Source: Andalucia godoyi And28 (lineage: Eukaryota > Protista > Jakobida). Taken from it: DNA of 64,000 bases. The number at the start of each line of letters is the position of its first letter. Within the stretch, counting starts at the first letter, position 1. The notes under the pieces were generated by a model. It was not told where the DNA came from. It saw nothing but the letters and a program-made list of their open reading frames with translations, and did not search any database. The DNA lies in contig VRVR01000053.1 of the NCBI GenBank assembly GCA_009859145.1, positions 1-64,000 of the forward strand. The letters are read 5' to 3'. The translations under genes were made by a program, and so were the position numbers. Positions 22,956 through 34,340 of the stretch are shown here, piece by piece.

Positions 22956-23507
22956 TTAGGAAGCCTTCTTGTCAATGATGCGAGCACCGCTTTCGGGGTC
23001 GGAGCCATCATGGACGACATGAACGTCGCGGACGATGAAGACATGGCACGGGGCATGGTGGACAAGATAGTCCGAGACCGATCCAATGACCATGCGCTTG
23101 ACGGCGCCGAGTCCTCGTGAGCCGACTACGATCGTGTCGACATTGAACTCAATTGAGAGTTCTTCGAGCGCTTCTTTTGCGTGTCCCTGCTTCATAATCA
23201 GATCAATCGCAATGTCCTTGGAATCCACTCCAGACTGCAGATTGTCCAGAAGCACATCGCGGGCCTTCGCAAGCACGCTCTTTGCTCGATCGCGGTCCTC
23301 CTCCGTCGGCGGAGACACCTTGTCATGCGTAAGGAACATCCCGTCGGTGCCAGGATACGGACCCACGTACTCCACAGACACGTGAAGCGGAGACACATAC
23401 GCAAGCCAGATCGCATCGCCAGAATGCAACAGCCGCGCAGCTTCCTTCACCGCATGCATCGAAAACCGACTGCCATCCACTCCAACAAGATACTTCATTT
23501 GCACCAT
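22956..23507 (-). CDS. Universal stress protein (UspA family)
   Basis: YLVGVDGSRFS and IVVGSRGLGAVKRMVIGSVSDYLVHHAPCHVFIVR. Confidence 0.95.
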   Translation of the reverse strand: MVQMKYLVGVDGSRFSMHAVKEAARLLHSGDAIWLAYVSPLHVSVEYVGPYPGTDGMFLTHDKVSPPTEEDRDRAKSVLAKARDVLLDNLQSGVDSKDIAIDLIMKQGHAKEALEELSIEFNVDTIVVGSRGLGAVKRMVIGSVSDYLVHHAPCHVFIVRDVHVVHDGSDPESGARIIDKKAS

Positions 23508-24346
23508 CTTCCTTTTATATCCTCTCGGGGCCTTTTTTTTTCCTCTTCCTAGTCAAGCAAACACAAAAGAATAAAAGTGTTTCCAAAAGAGAAAATGCTG
23601 TTGGAAGAACGGAACCACTGGAAGCACCTTCGGAACCTTGATAAGAGAACGCTCGGCAACCCAGATTCCCTCCGCCTCGCAAAAATAGAGGGTACTCGAA
23701 GTCCTATATCATCAACTGATGCATCAGAGGAGAAACCAGAGGGTACAGCAGTTGGACGAACGGGCAGAGTCTTAGGGAAGGGGCAGCTCTGCTCTGCTTG
23801 CATACAACGTGCGGGCCGGGAAGGGTGCTGCCTTTTGTGCTTTCTTTTTGCATGCACATTTGAAGCGAATCGACTTCAAGAGTACTGGAAGGCGTGAACG
23901 GTGTCCAGTGGTGGCTTGAAGAACGTTCACGTGAAGTGGTGCTCGCGAGTCCATACAACACAAGATCCACACACCCCCTGCTTTCCTAACCTCCCCCTCG
24001 ATTCCTTTCCCCCTCAAACGATGCAGCTTTTTCCCACAGCCGTTCCGCAGAATCCGTTGCTGTGTTTTCTCTTCTTCTTCTTCTCCTTATAATTCTCCTT
24101 CTTATCCTTCTCCTCTTCTTTGTTCTTATTCTCCTCATTCTTCTTCTGCGTGTCCTGTCATCTGCTTACAACTTCATATACGCAACGCCAAAAGAAAAAG
24201 GGAGGGAGAAAATACGTACACCCTGCCACCTTTGCTTTTATATATCCGGTTCGGTCCATTTGCACCCAATCCTTCATTGACTTTTTGTTATTTTATATTT
24301 CCTTTATTTATTATTTTTGCACAATCTGCGTTCAACAGATATCAGC

Positions 24347-26086
24347 ATGTTCAAACTTCGCGGTCTGCTGTGCAATTCTGCGGTTTCGTCCGCAAGATTC
24401 TTTGCCTCTGCAAAGACAGACCCGACGTCTTTTTGTTTCCGATCCAACCTGATTCAGAAGTCTTTATTTGCCAGACGGTTTACAAGCGGTCTTTGGTTCG
24501 GAGAGGGACACACGGGCACCAGTGACAGTACAAGCGCAAGCGCAAGTGTCAGCAGCAGTTCGAGCAGCAACAGTAAGAATAAGCCCGTAGTGGAAGGACA
24601 TATGCATCCAGCACAGACGTTTTCGCCAGACGTCACGCCCGAGGTGACATCGCCTCCTGAGCCTGTTCTTACATCCGTGGTCCACGAATCGTCAGATTAT
24701 AAGCCCCACCATAGCGGCACCAACGTCAAAGAGGCTCGCATGGGAGCCATGTTCTCCGGGTCACCTCCGAACCCGGAGCACGAGGCGCTGGCAAAGTCTG
24801 CTCTTGCAGATCTGAGATCCTTGATTCAGAGCGGAAAACTCGCGGAAGCCAGCGAGCTGTATGAGCACCAGAGCGCCACCCTCGGATCTGATTTCTATTC
24901 GCCGGTTTTTGCCCCATGGGCTCTGGAGCTGTGCAAGGCGCATCTTGCTCAGGGGCAAGCCAGTCGTGTGATGAATGCGCAGAATGGCGGAACAAAGGAC
25001 CTCATGCAGTTCTGGAAAGAAAGCTTTGACTTCGCCTGCGACGCGATTCTCATGCAGCTGGGGCATGACAGTGCGCAGTACAAGAAGCTGGAAGAAACCG
25101 AGTGGTTCTCTGCGTCGGAGCATCCGTTCCGAGACCTTTGCGTCTTGTGTGCACGGCCCGTTTCGCAACGTGTGGACACGGTTTCGCTGGCGCAAACCCG
25201 TATTTACGCAGCTCGATCGCTGTTTGGGATGGCGCACTATGGCGGACAATGGAAGTCTGCGGAATCGCTGTACGACTTGTCTGCGATGCTGTACAATGCG
25301 GCGCTGAGCAGCCTGCTCAAATCGGACACTGCCGAATACTCTGACGTGTTGGAATGTCGCAGAATGCTCGCGCTGTGCTATCGACGGCGCAAAATGTACG
25401 AATGGGCGTGGCTGGTGCTGGAAGACGGCCTTCGGGAATGCAAGCACGGTGATACCGCAATCCAGACTCTGTACTGGGCCGATATCGGCGCATTGTGCTT
25501 GAATGCCGGGCGGTTCAATGCCGGAGGAGAGGCGTTTGACAGAGCTCTCAAGACGAGATCGCGCTGTCCTCCCGAGCTGCAAACGCAGATCACGATTGGA
25601 ATGGCACAGTGTCTTGGAGGCATGTCGAATGCTCGTGGAGCGATTGTCGCCTTCCAAGAAGCCATTGAAGCAGCTACGGAGGCATACGACGCTGGAAAAC
25701 TCAGCTTGACGGAGTCCGCCGAGATCCACGCCACAGCCTTTGACTACGTCTCGCACTTTGACAAGGGATTCTTCAAGCCATCCGAGTTCCCCGAATTCGA
25801 AAGGATCCGCGACTCGATTGTTCAAGCCACTGCGCGCGTTCTCGATCAATGGGAACAAGCAAACGACATTCGCAGAGCTAAAAAGCAATTCGATGGAGAG
25901 GACGATTCCATTCTGACGGTTGGCGATGTTGACGTGCATCGGCTGCGCATTGGCGGGCGAAAGACGGCGTGGACGCAGGGCGACTATCTCAAAGATGTTC
26001 GCGAGGTCAAGAAGCCTGTAGGAGATGAAATTGCCCAAGCCGAGTTGGCCACAGGGAAAATCCAAGGCATCGACACGTTGATGTGA
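24347..26086 (+). CDS. Probably mitochondrion-targeted TPR-like helical protein
   Basis: Presequence-like MFKLRGLLCNSAVSSARFF, followed by repeated Ala/Leu-rich helical pairs. Confidence 0.65.
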   Translation: MFKLRGLLCNSAVSSARFFASAKTDPTSFCFRSNLIQKSLFARRFTSGLWFGEGHTGTSDSTSASASVSSSSSSNSKNKPVVEGHMHPAQTFSPDVTPEVTSPPEPVLTSVVHESSDYKPHHSGTNVKEARMGAMFSGSPPNPEHEALAKSALADLRSLIQSGKLAEASELYEHQSATLGSDFYSPVFAPWALELCKAHLAQGQASRVMNAQNGGTKDLMQFWKESFDFACDAILMQLGHDSAQYKKLEETEWFSASEHPFRDLCVLCARPVSQRVDTVSLAQTRIYAARSLFGMAHYGGQWKSAESLYDLSAMLYNAALSSLLKSDTAEYSDVLECRRMLALCYRRRKMYEWAWLVLEDGLRECKHGDTAIQTLYWADIGALCLNAGRFNAGGEAFDRALKTRSRCPPELQTQITIGMAQCLGGMSNARGAIVAFQEAIEAATEAYDAGKLSLTESAEIHATAFDYVSHFDKGFFKPSEFPEFERIRDSIVQATARVLDQWEQANDIRRAKKQFDGEDDSILTVGDVDVHRLRIGGRKTAWTQGDYLKDVREVKKPVGDEIAQAELATGKIQGIDTLM

Positions 26087-26414
26087 AGCTGTGTGACAAC
26101 AGATCCGTGGTTTGCATCGCGGTTTCCCCGACATTCTCTTTGCTCAACTGTCTTCATGCGTGACCGCACGGTTCCATGCATGGACTATGCCTCTCCAACC
26201 ATCGCCGCGATGCAGCAGTCACTGCATGTCGTAGACGAGCTCCTTTGGAGGGTGCGGAAATAACTGTCAAAATAATAATAATAAACAGAAATAATAATAA
26301 ACAATAGTAATAATAATAACAGGCACAAAATAATTCACAGCCATATATCACCTACTCCAATCCGCCCTGCTCGTCCAGAGCAGCGTCCTTCAGTTCGCTT
26401 CACCGGAAATGTCT

Positions 26415-26448
<34 letters not shown>

Positions 26449-26841
26449 CGTTTCCGACTGACAGGCCGCAGAAGAATGCTGTGAAGGCTGGGTGTTTTTC
26501 CCTGGACTTGCATTTCCCTATTGGGATGTGGAAGTGGACCGGCAGAACATATGCAGGTTTTTTATAAATGTTGTCCATAACTTCAACTGAACGTGCATAG
26601 TCGCGTGCGTGTGTTGTTGTTGTTGTTGCATGGTGGAGAGACGCAAGTCCCCCCACCACAAAATTGCCTCCAGTCTCCCCATGTAGGATGACTCGGAGCA
26701 CTCTTTGGATTTCTCGGTCTGTTTGTTTTTGGTTTTGTTTTCCCCCCTTTTTAAAAATAATAATTAATCGTTTCATTTCGAAGCACTACTGCACATACAC
26801 ACAATACACACCACGCAGCAAGCAAGCCACCACCACCATCA

Positions 26842-27864
26842 ATGACGGACGTGAACGATAATTCAAAAATCGACCCGGTGCTGTCCAGCGCCACGGTTGC
26901 AGAGAAGTCAAAAATGCAGAGTGCAGGCAGCGGCGAGAGGAAGATGAAATTCTCGTGGGAGGACCTGTCGAAAGACGGGGAATTCAAGAGGACGCCTGCG
27001 CAGTTCAAAGGAAGAGTCTCCAAGGAAAAGTGGTTTGCAAGTACGGACCGCTACCACCTGTACCTCTCTCCCGCGTGTCCATGGTCCCATCGGACGATGC
27101 TTGCAAAGTCCATGCTGGGATTACCGGACGCAATGCTGTCTGTGGAGTGGGTTAGCCCGCATCTCGATTACACCAAGGGCTGGGAATTCTGTCGCGACCG
27201 TGGGGATTCTGTGAACAGTTTCAAGACTCTTCGAGAGATCTATGAACAGACGAAAGAAGGATACGACGGGAGAGTGACCGTTCCTGTGCTGTACGATAAG
27301 CAGGAACTGAAGGTCGTTTGCAACGAATCGACCGACATTGTCCGAATGTTGCCTGGCTTCAGAGAGAGGTTTATTCCATCCGAGCTGGAGCGGAAGATCC
27401 TCGAGGTCGAGGAATGGATGTACAATGACTTCAACAACGGAGTGTACAAGGCGGGCTTTGCGGGTCATCAGCATGCGTACGAAACGGCATGCAAGGCTGT
27501 TTTCCGCTCGCTGGACAAGATGGAACATATTCTCAGTACGCAGCGATGGCTGTGTTCGGATGAGGTGTTCACGGAGGCAGATCTGTTTGCGTTCCCCACC
27601 CTGTACCGCTTTGACGCGATTTACAATATCCATTTCAAATGCAGTGTTCGCAGAATCTGCGATTATCCGAATGTTTGGGACTACGCTCGAGCCATTTATC
27701 AGCTTCCTGGGGTTCGCGATACCTGCCAAATGGACCACTGCAAGATGCACTACTATACCTCCCATCGCGACATCAATCCAAAGGGAATCATCCCTCTGAC
27801 ACCGAACTCCGACTGGGAGGCACCATCTGCCCGTTTGACCAATTGGACCTTCAGCAAGGCATAG
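26842..27864 (+). CDS. Glutathionyl-hydroquinone reductase (GST Xi/omega-like, ECM4/YqjG family)
   Basis: RYHLYLSPACPWSHRT, GRVTVPVLYDK, VCNESTDI, NNGVYKAGFA, PTLYRFDAIY and HYYTSH. Confidence 0.93.
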   Translation: MTDVNDNSKIDPVLSSATVAEKSKMQSAGSGERKMKFSWEDLSKDGEFKRTPAQFKGRVSKEKWFASTDRYHLYLSPACPWSHRTMLAKSMLGLPDAMLSVEWVSPHLDYTKGWEFCRDRGDSVNSFKTLREIYEQTKEGYDGRVTVPVLYDKQELKVVCNESTDIVRMLPGFRERFIPSELERKILEVEEWMYNDFNNGVYKAGFAGHQHAYETACKAVFRSLDKMEHILSTQRWLCSDEVFTEADLFAFPTLYRFDAIYNIHFKCSVRRICDYPNVWDYARAIYQLPGVRDTCQMDHCKMHYYTSHRDINPKGIIPLTPNSDWEAPSARLTNWTFSKA

Positions 27865-28043
27865 TTCGAAGAAGAACAAGAACAAGAACAAGAACAAATA
27901 ATAATAATAATAACAATAAAACACAAGGGTAACCTTGCACAAAAAAAAATAAGGACTCGGTGTTTACAAAACCCATATGGCACTACTGCCAACAAAGGTA
28001 ATAAAAATAAGAAAAATAAAAATAAAAACAATCATCTGCGATC

Positions 28044-29411
28044 TCAAGATTGGTATGGAGGCGGCCCACCGCCAGGATAAGCGGTCTTGTTTGCTTCCGC
28101 TGCCGGCACATATGCGACGCCAGACGCCGGTTGTGCAACATATGGTTCCATCGAATGCGCGGGAGGTGCGCTTGGTTGGTACGGCGACGGAGCAACGGGA
28201 TAGCCTGGTGCCGGTTGCGCATATCCTGGCTGCGGCTGTGCGTACAGTGGCTGAGCATGCTGCTGCTGAGGCTGAGGCTGGTTGTAGACGGGATACGGTT
28301 GCGACACGGGCTGTGCTCCATACCCTGGATTGACAAATGCTCCCGCAATCGGCTGCCCAGGTTGTGCGAAAAGCGGAGACATTGGCTGCTGTGGTGCTTG
28401 ATGGCCTGGTGGAAAATCAGAACCGCTGCTCATGAAATCCGAGTTGACAGGCGTCGGAGAACCAATGGACGGAGCAACGGGAGGAGCACCGGGTCTCATG
28501 GGATGCACATCTCGGAACTTCCTGAAAAACAGAATAGCGACAACGTCCAGGAGCGTCACGGCAAGGAAGAACCCCGTGGCCAGGGAAATCGTAATCAATC
28601 CTGCACCTGCGGCAATCCCCTTTGAGGAACCCGAGCTCGAGGTCGTGGGAGTGAGCTGTGTCACGTTCTGCTTTGAGGAGTACCGAAGAGTGGACGCAAG
28701 CGACAGAATCCCAGCGATGAATGCAAGCCCCAGATGCACCATCACAACCCGGATGATGCGCACGTATCGCAGATACTCAGCTTCCGAGTCCGGAAGTGCT
28801 CTGCAAAACATGCAAGAGGACACGACGACGACTGTCATGCAAATCGCAGCAACCAGTCCAAACGCAAATGCCGCAGCTGTCAACCCCGGAAGACCGTCCA
28901 CTGCATCCTTGTACTTTTTGAACTCGGAACACCTCGAGAATCCCTGGCTGCAGATGGCGGACGTGAACGACGACCACGACTTTGACACCTTGTTCGTGCA
29001 GCCCGATCCACTGCCAACTTCCGATCCCGTGCAGACGTCGACAAACACATTTTTCAAAGATGCATAAAACACACCCTTTGCTGCTGCGCTCGGCCCAACC
29101 GTGAGCACCATGAGCTCCAGATATGACGGAGGAGGAGACACAGGCGCCGTCTTGAACGACGACTGTCCCGAAACAAGCCACATTGTGTCATAGGTTGTAG
29201 GAATTGCCGAGATTCCAGCCGTGATGATTCCGCCCAAAGTCAGCAGTACCACGAATATCGTGAATGGGATCAAGCATGACAGGTAACGCTGGCCCAGCGC
29301 GCCTGCTCTTGGCGGCGAATACGTGCGGCCGCCTCGTGAATGAGAAATGTGGGAGTGGTGGTGGTGGTGAGTCACATGGGAGTGGTGGTGGTGCGAATGA
29401 GACCGCCCCAT
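28044..29411 (-). CDS. Four-TM (claudin/amastin-like) membrane protein with His-rich N-terminus and Pro/Gln/Tyr-rich tail
   Basis: Four hydrophobic segments, Cys residues in the first loop, and a C-terminal PPPY motif. Confidence 0.65.
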   Translation of the reverse strand: MGRSHSHHHHSHVTHHHHHSHISHSRGGRTYSPPRAGALGQRYLSCLIPFTIFVVLLTLGGIITAGISAIPTTYDTMWLVSGQSSFKTAPVSPPPSYLELMVLTVGPSAAAKGVFYASLKNVFVDVCTGSEVGSGSGCTNKVSKSWSSFTSAICSQGFSRCSEFKKYKDAVDGLPGLTAAAFAFGLVAAICMTVVVVSSCMFCRALPDSEAEYLRYVRIIRVVMVHLGLAFIAGILSLASTLRYSSKQNVTQLTPTTSSSGSSKGIAAGAGLITISLATGFFLAVTLLDVVAILFFRKFRDVHPMRPGAPPVAPSIGSPTPVNSDFMSSGSDFPPGHQAPQQPMSPLFAQPGQPIAGAFVNPGYGAQPVSQPYPVYNQPQPQQQHAQPLYAQPQPGYAQPAPGYPVAPSPYQPSAPPAHSMEPYVAQPASGVAYVPAAEANKTAYPGGGPPPYQS

Positions 29412-30139
29412 TAATAAGTGCAATCAGTAAGAAGCTGCGTACTAAAACAACAGGAGGGGAGAGAAGAAAGAAGAAAGAAGAAAGGAGAAAGAAGGAGAAA
29501 GAAAGAGAAAGAAAGATATGAATTGGCTGCAATGCAGAAGAAGGCTGAAGAGCGTGCGCAGCCTGAGAAGAGAGGGTTTCGGAGACACGAGATTCGATGA
29601 GGTCTGCGCGACGAATCACAGCGGTGACGAGGGTTTTGCTCGTCTACGGCATTTTTGGGGCAAGCGCGCAAGGCATGCAAAAACTGCAACATTGCCAAAA
29701 GAAGACTGGAATCCCGCTACTACAGCCGACGGAGAAGCAAAAAAGAAAGACAAAACGAGCACATGCAGGATAAACCGAAAGATGATGAGGCATATACGGG
29801 CAGAAGAGCTAGACCGTATACATTTATTGCGAAATGATGAAACAATCTAAAGCGCACGCAAACAAAAAACACTGCCACGCGCCATGCGCATGCGTCTGTT
29901 ATCTTAAGCAACTCCGTCGCACGATGCCCGATTCGTTTCGCCCCCATTTTGATCAGGAAATCCCTATAAACACGCCGCCGCGCTGCATTATGCATGTTGT
30001 TGGGTTGCAGCATTGATTATGGGTGATCAGCGATGATTATCCGTGGATTAGTGTACAGTGTATGGATATACATTTATTATGCATATATTTCATTTTAAAA
30101 TTGGTGTATGGCGGACGGACGAGATTTGGGTATTTGGAA

Positions 30140-31990
30140 TCACGAAAAGTCGTCTGTGATTTTGGTTTCCGTGTCAAAGATGCGGCGCTTGAGCATGTAG
30201 TATGGTCTGTTTTCCCATCCATCCAGCGGCCCGACTGCCGCATCCTTGCGCCGAACTGCATCTCGCCACAAGCTCCACACCAGCCACGCGCACTCCTCGA
30301 TGTCGTCCGACACTGAACCGTCATCTGGAGAGAGCTGTAGCTCATAGTCGACGGGCTTCTGCCATGTCGTGACTGGATGCGTGCGAATGGCACTATATTG
30401 CAGAGAGTCCACCAAGGCAGCAGTTCCCGCCACAGACGACGACAGCCTCGTGAAACTTCCTGAACGGGAGCCCGAAGAGAAGGACGCGCCCCCACTTCCA
30501 CTACCAGCACTCGCCCGGCCAGTCGGCGACTTCTTGTCTCCGTTTGTTGCAGAAGATGACGAAAACATGAAGCTTGCCCCTCGCAATCCATTTGGCTTTC
30601 CATCTACCCTGTAAACATCGATGCATACAAGATCGGCGAGCCGCAGGATTTTGTATCCTTTGCTTTCCACAAAGGTGTTCTGCTTTGGACTGAACGCGCA
30701 CGAAGCCATGGACGACGATGTCAGGACAATCCGTCGCCTGTCCCTCGTTCCTTTGTGATTCGCCTTCACAAAGTGGGAGTAAACCCGCAGCGGCTGATTT
30801 CCAAGAGCAGCTGCAGATGCTTGGATCTGGCGAACATCCGCTTCGATTGGAACATAAAACCCCCGAAGCCCCTTTGCAATCGACTCTAGCATGCGCTCCG
30901 ATGGATTTCCGTTGACGTTATTGATCCCCGAGTTCGCATAGTTGGCGGTGATCGACAGTCGGGACGCAATGGATGTAATGGAAGGCGAGCACGCATGAAA
31001 CCACGACATTGAAGTAAGTAACGTCCGTCTTGATACAGTCGATGCGAGGCCGGTGTAGCAGACCAGTGCTGCCACAAAAATCAAGCCTACATTCGCCAAC
31101 GACGATGCATCTGATGGATCGTGCACTTCAGGAACCGAGATCTGCACGCCGTCCTCCACAACCTCCACCATCACGAAGGTTTGCTTTGCTGCACCACCGT
31201 CCGCCCCATCCTCTCTATCCGCCGTCTCCGCCGTGCTCGCTGCTATCTCCTGCTTCTTGCCCTCGTGTTGCTCGCTGTTGCCAGCGAGCATCTTTGGCGG
31301 TTCCGAGCTCAACGCTTTGCGAGTTACGAACCGAACGCAAACCAGAAACTCGGAAAAGACCTGGGTTGGCGGCATAGACCCGTCGAGAGAGTCTCTTCTG
31401 GTCCTCAAGCTGTCCTTGATTTGCTCGGGAGAAGTCAGCAGTGCCGCCAGCACATCTGTCCGAAGCGCGGCTCTGCACGACTGAATGACCTTTTCAAGCA
31501 GCGAAACGGACACTTCTGGATCCGCAACGACGCAAATCTCGCTCGGCTGAAACACAAACAAATGCTGGATGAAAAGCGAGAGGTCTCTTGCCATTTCCGC
31601 GACTTGCGTCCTTACCCATCTTGACTGCACCAATGAATTTTTCAAAATCGACACAAAGGGGATGGGCTGCATGCGCACCGATGGCACATGAACAGTAAGG
31701 ACGGCGGTATGGCAGTCAGCCCAGTCAACCGTCACCGGCTGCACACCATCCTCGAAAACTGTCGACGCAGTCAGCACAAAGTTCTCAAGAGTCCCTGCAG
31801 GTCGCGGGCTGAGCTCCAACACAAGCGAAACAAGTTCACAGTACTCGGAATCTGTCCATGCAGTAGCAAGAGCTTCCAGCGTCGGTCTCAAAAACGTCTC
31901 GGACTCGTGCGCAAGCCGGAGCTCAACATTCGCCTCGGATATGGAAAACGTGTCTGCCAGACGGCTTCGAATCGTACTTGCAAGTGCCAT
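30140..31990 (-). CDS. Hypothetical protein with possible C-terminal PH-like domain
   Basis: 616-aa ORF. FVKANHKGTRDRRRIVLT resembles the first strands of a PH domain. Confidence 0.6.
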   Translation of the reverse strand: MALASTIRSRLADTFSISEANVELRLAHESETFLRPTLEALATAWTDSEYCELVSLVLELSPRPAGTLENFVLTASTVFEDGVQPVTVDWADCHTAVLTVHVPSVRMQPIPFVSILKNSLVQSRWVRTQVAEMARDLSLFIQHLFVFQPSEICVVADPEVSVSLLEKVIQSCRAALRTDVLAALLTSPEQIKDSLRTRRDSLDGSMPPTQVFSEFLVCVRFVTRKALSSEPPKMLAGNSEQHEGKKQEIAASTAETADREDGADGGAAKQTFVMVEVVEDGVQISVPEVHDPSDASSLANVGLIFVAALVCYTGLASTVSRRTLLTSMSWFHACSPSITSIASRLSITANYANSGINNVNGNPSERMLESIAKGLRGFYVPIEADVRQIQASAAALGNQPLRVYSHFVKANHKGTRDRRRIVLTSSSMASCAFSPKQNTFVESKGYKILRLADLVCIDVYRVDGKPNGLRGASFMFSSSSATNGDKKSPTGRASAGSGSGGASFSSGSRSGSFTRLSSSVAGTAALVDSLQYSAIRTHPVTTWQKPVDYELQLSPDDGSVSDDIEECAWLVWSLWRDAVRRKDAAVGPLDGWENRPYYMLKRRIFDTETKITDDFS

Positions 31991-32210
31991 CGAAAGACGG
32001 AGTTTACGAAAGAAGCGTCGTCGTTTCTAAATTGCGAGTTCTCTTTCACTGAATGTAACCTCCTCCACACAAGGGAGCAATCGTCAAAAGAACCGACAAC
32101 CCTCTTGTGCAAAACATTAGCAAAAAGGTCGGGCTTGTTTTCATTCTGTTTTTTACAGTCGTTTGAGAGCGCCAAAGAAAATAATCACGCCCCTGATTCT
32201 TAATGTATAT

Positions 32211-32258
32211 AATAAATAATAAATAATAAATAATAAATAATAAATAATAAATAATAAA
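32211..32258. repeat. Heptamer tandem repeat (AATAAAT), about 7 units
   Basis: Read directly from the sequence. Confidence 0.9.
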
Positions 32259-32349
32259 GAGGGGAATTGTAATTATTATCTATTGGAACCATTCGTTTCA
32301 TTCATGATGATCTCATTGTACTTTTTGGATGGGTGGGCAACTGTTTGAC

Positions 32350-32802
32350 TCAGAGACCAAACTCTCGGATGTAGTCTTGGGTGGTGATGATCTGAAATTG
32401 GCTGAGAAACACAGTCATTCTCTTGTTGAGCTCTGTGATGGAAACCGGTTCGGTCGTCTGGAGCGAAAAGTGGTCCGTGTGCTCATGAAGCAGCGTGAAA
32501 TGCGCAGGTAGTGGCGTGCCTTCCACGAGCCGAAAGATGATCGGAGGTTTCTGAAACGTCTCGAGCGTTTCCTGGAAATTCCCACCTGGTGGTCGCAAAC
32601 TCATTCCATTGGGCCGGACGAACTCTGTGGTGCTCGGTGGAATTGGATGCACCAGTCCGTCGTCCTGCAGCTTCACATCAAACGACGTCCGTCCAAGCTT
32701 CTGCTGCGCCGCAAAGTCACGCAGACGAACCGCTTTCCCGCTCTGCATCCGCAGCAACAGCTGAGGAACCACATTAAAGCGGCCAATGATGCTGCGCCCC
32801 AT
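32350..32802 (-). CDS. Tse2-like ADP-ribosyltransferase-fold protein
   Basis: PQLLLRMQ...PNGMSLRP...GTPLP...LLHEHTDHFSLQ...ELN pattern recalled from the ADPRTs_Tse2 family. Confidence 0.7.
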   Translation of the reverse strand: MGRSIIGRFNVVPQLLLRMQSGKAVRLRDFAAQQKLGRTSFDVKLQDDGLVHPIPPSTTEFVRPNGMSLRPPGGNFQETLETFQKPPIIFRLVEGTPLPAHFTLLHEHTDHFSLQTTEPVSITELNKRMTVFLSQFQIITTQDYIREFGL

Positions 32803-32876
32803 CTTCTCTCCTACTCACTACTGACCAGAGGCAGCAGCAACAGCAACAGCAATAACAATAACAATAACAATATCAG

Positions 32877-32912
<36 letters not shown>

Positions 32913-33098
32913 GACGCAGTTGGTTTGCTATTGCTTTTGGTTTCATCCTCCTGTGTGCAGCTTGATGCTTGATGCTACAGTCGACCGGTTCAAAGTCTAT
33001 TTTTGCAACTTCATTCGTCATGGTGGAAAACCGCAGTCGTGAGCACGCCGTAGATGGTGTAGTCAGTGGACACATCGTCGTGGAGGTGGTGATATACA

Positions 33099-34340
33099 AT
33101 GGAAGAGAGTTCTGAAAGTGGAGTGTCGTATACGACGGGTAGTCAGCAACCGTCGCCGCCGCTGTCTGTAGAGACTGCCTTGGGGACGCTTGTGGCTTCG
33201 GAGCCGCCGAAGCTGAGCGTGACGGTTGTGCGGGACGAGGATCTCCACTCGATTGTGCTGCGGTCTGTGTTTGCACCGGACCCAACACCTGTACGCATCC
33301 GCAAGAACCTCCGAGACTTCCAGACGCTGCGTGCGCACCTGTCAGAGGAGTTCCGAGGCGTGTGTGTGCCGCCGCTGCCTGCAGGCCTTGCGTTCATGGC
33401 GCTGAATGTCGGTGGGTTTGGACTGGGCTCCATCTCGATCTCGGGGACTGCAGCGAGCATCTCGAACAGCTTCCGAGGACGCAGTGCGAGCAAAGGGGGC
33501 GGCGAGGATACCCTGTCTGTGAGCGCTACGCACCGGTTCCTGCTCCGGTTTGTACAGGTCTGTGCTGACCATCCGGTGCTTTCCAAGAGCCATACATTTC
33601 TGCGGTTCCTTGGAGACACGAGGCAGATCGTGGATGAACAGGCGAGAGCTATCCATCTGTACGACGTCCTGCCTTCTCCAACTCTTGTCGTCCAGCACGC
33701 TTCCGACAGCAGCACCACCACCAGTACCACTATCATTGGTGGTGCTGGAACACAGGGAAATGAAATGACGACGGACCGCTCACAACCGCAGAATTCGCAG
33801 CATGCTGTGACGGAAGAGACGGAGCATCCACACGCCAACTATGCGTCTGTGGTGGGAAGAGCACAGCCCATTTGGATGGAACATGTGATTCAGAGCGCAT
33901 CGAGCGTTTGTGCAGTGCTGAAAAACTTGAAATCGGAAGTGTCGCACATTGCTCAGCACATCCGAGGACTGGATAAGTCGCTTGCATCGCTGCGTGGGGC
34001 ACTGCGCAAAGCACACGAAACTTGTGATGCGTTGCCGCCCCAGCTGGACGACGTACTCGTGAGCACGGAGCAGTCGCTCGCAGTCGCCCTGAGACCCGAT
34101 GCATCCGTGGACGAAGTGACTGCGGTGCTGTCGGAGCGCATTGATTTTGCAGACTCGTACGCTTCTGCATTCATTGAGATGGCACAGTCGCAATGGCTTG
34201 TCGTCTCCAAACAGCCAATGGCAAAGAGCAAGCACTGGGAAGGAAAGGTTGCAGAAGAGTGGACGGTCGTGAGTGATTGGATGACAAGAGAAATGACCGT
34301 CATTCTCACCGACATTCGAAGCCTTTCTCGTCGATGGTAG
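33099..34340 (+). CDS. PX-domain (sorting-nexin-like) protein
   Basis: VRIRKNLRDFQTLRAHLSEEFRGVCVPPLP and HPVLSKSHTFLRFL, followed by a helical C-terminal half. Confidence 0.75.
   Translation: MEESSESGVSYTTGSQQPSPPLSVETALGTLVASEPPKLSVTVVRDEDLHSIVLRSVFAPDPTPVRIRKNLRDFQTLRAHLSEEFRGVCVPPLPAGLAFMALNVGGFGLGSISISGTAASISNSFRGRSASKGGGEDTLSVSATHRFLLRFVQVCADHPVLSKSHTFLRFLGDTRQIVDEQARAIHLYDVLPSPTLVVQHASDSSTTTSTTIIGGAGTQGNEMTTDRSQPQNSQHAVTEETEHPHANYASVVGRAQPIWMEHVIQSASSVCAVLKNLKSEVSHIAQHIRGLDKSLASLRGALRKAHETCDALPPQLDDVLVSTEQSLAVALRPDASVDEVTAVLSERIDFADSYASAFIEMAQSQWLVVSKQPMAKSKHWEGKVAEEWTVVSDWMTREMTVILTDIRSLSRRW

Noticed and set aside
23577-24017. Short ORFs on both strands, one with ILCCMDSR (beta-carbonic-anhydrase-like)
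   Set aside because: Only five residues match, the HxxC motif is missing, and no frame is clearly coding.
29655-29837. RKACKNCNIAKRR resembling the start of a Zn2Cys6 domain
   Set aside because: The third and later cysteines are absent and the flanking frame has stops. At best a decayed fragment.
31990-32175. Upstream out-of-frame ORF that might join the 30140-31990 gene
   Set aside because: No slippery site or convincing intron, and no homology to support the fusion.
32973-33116. 47-codon upstream ORF overlapping the PX-gene start
   Set aside because: No recognisable similarity, and such overlaps are expected by chance in compact spacers.
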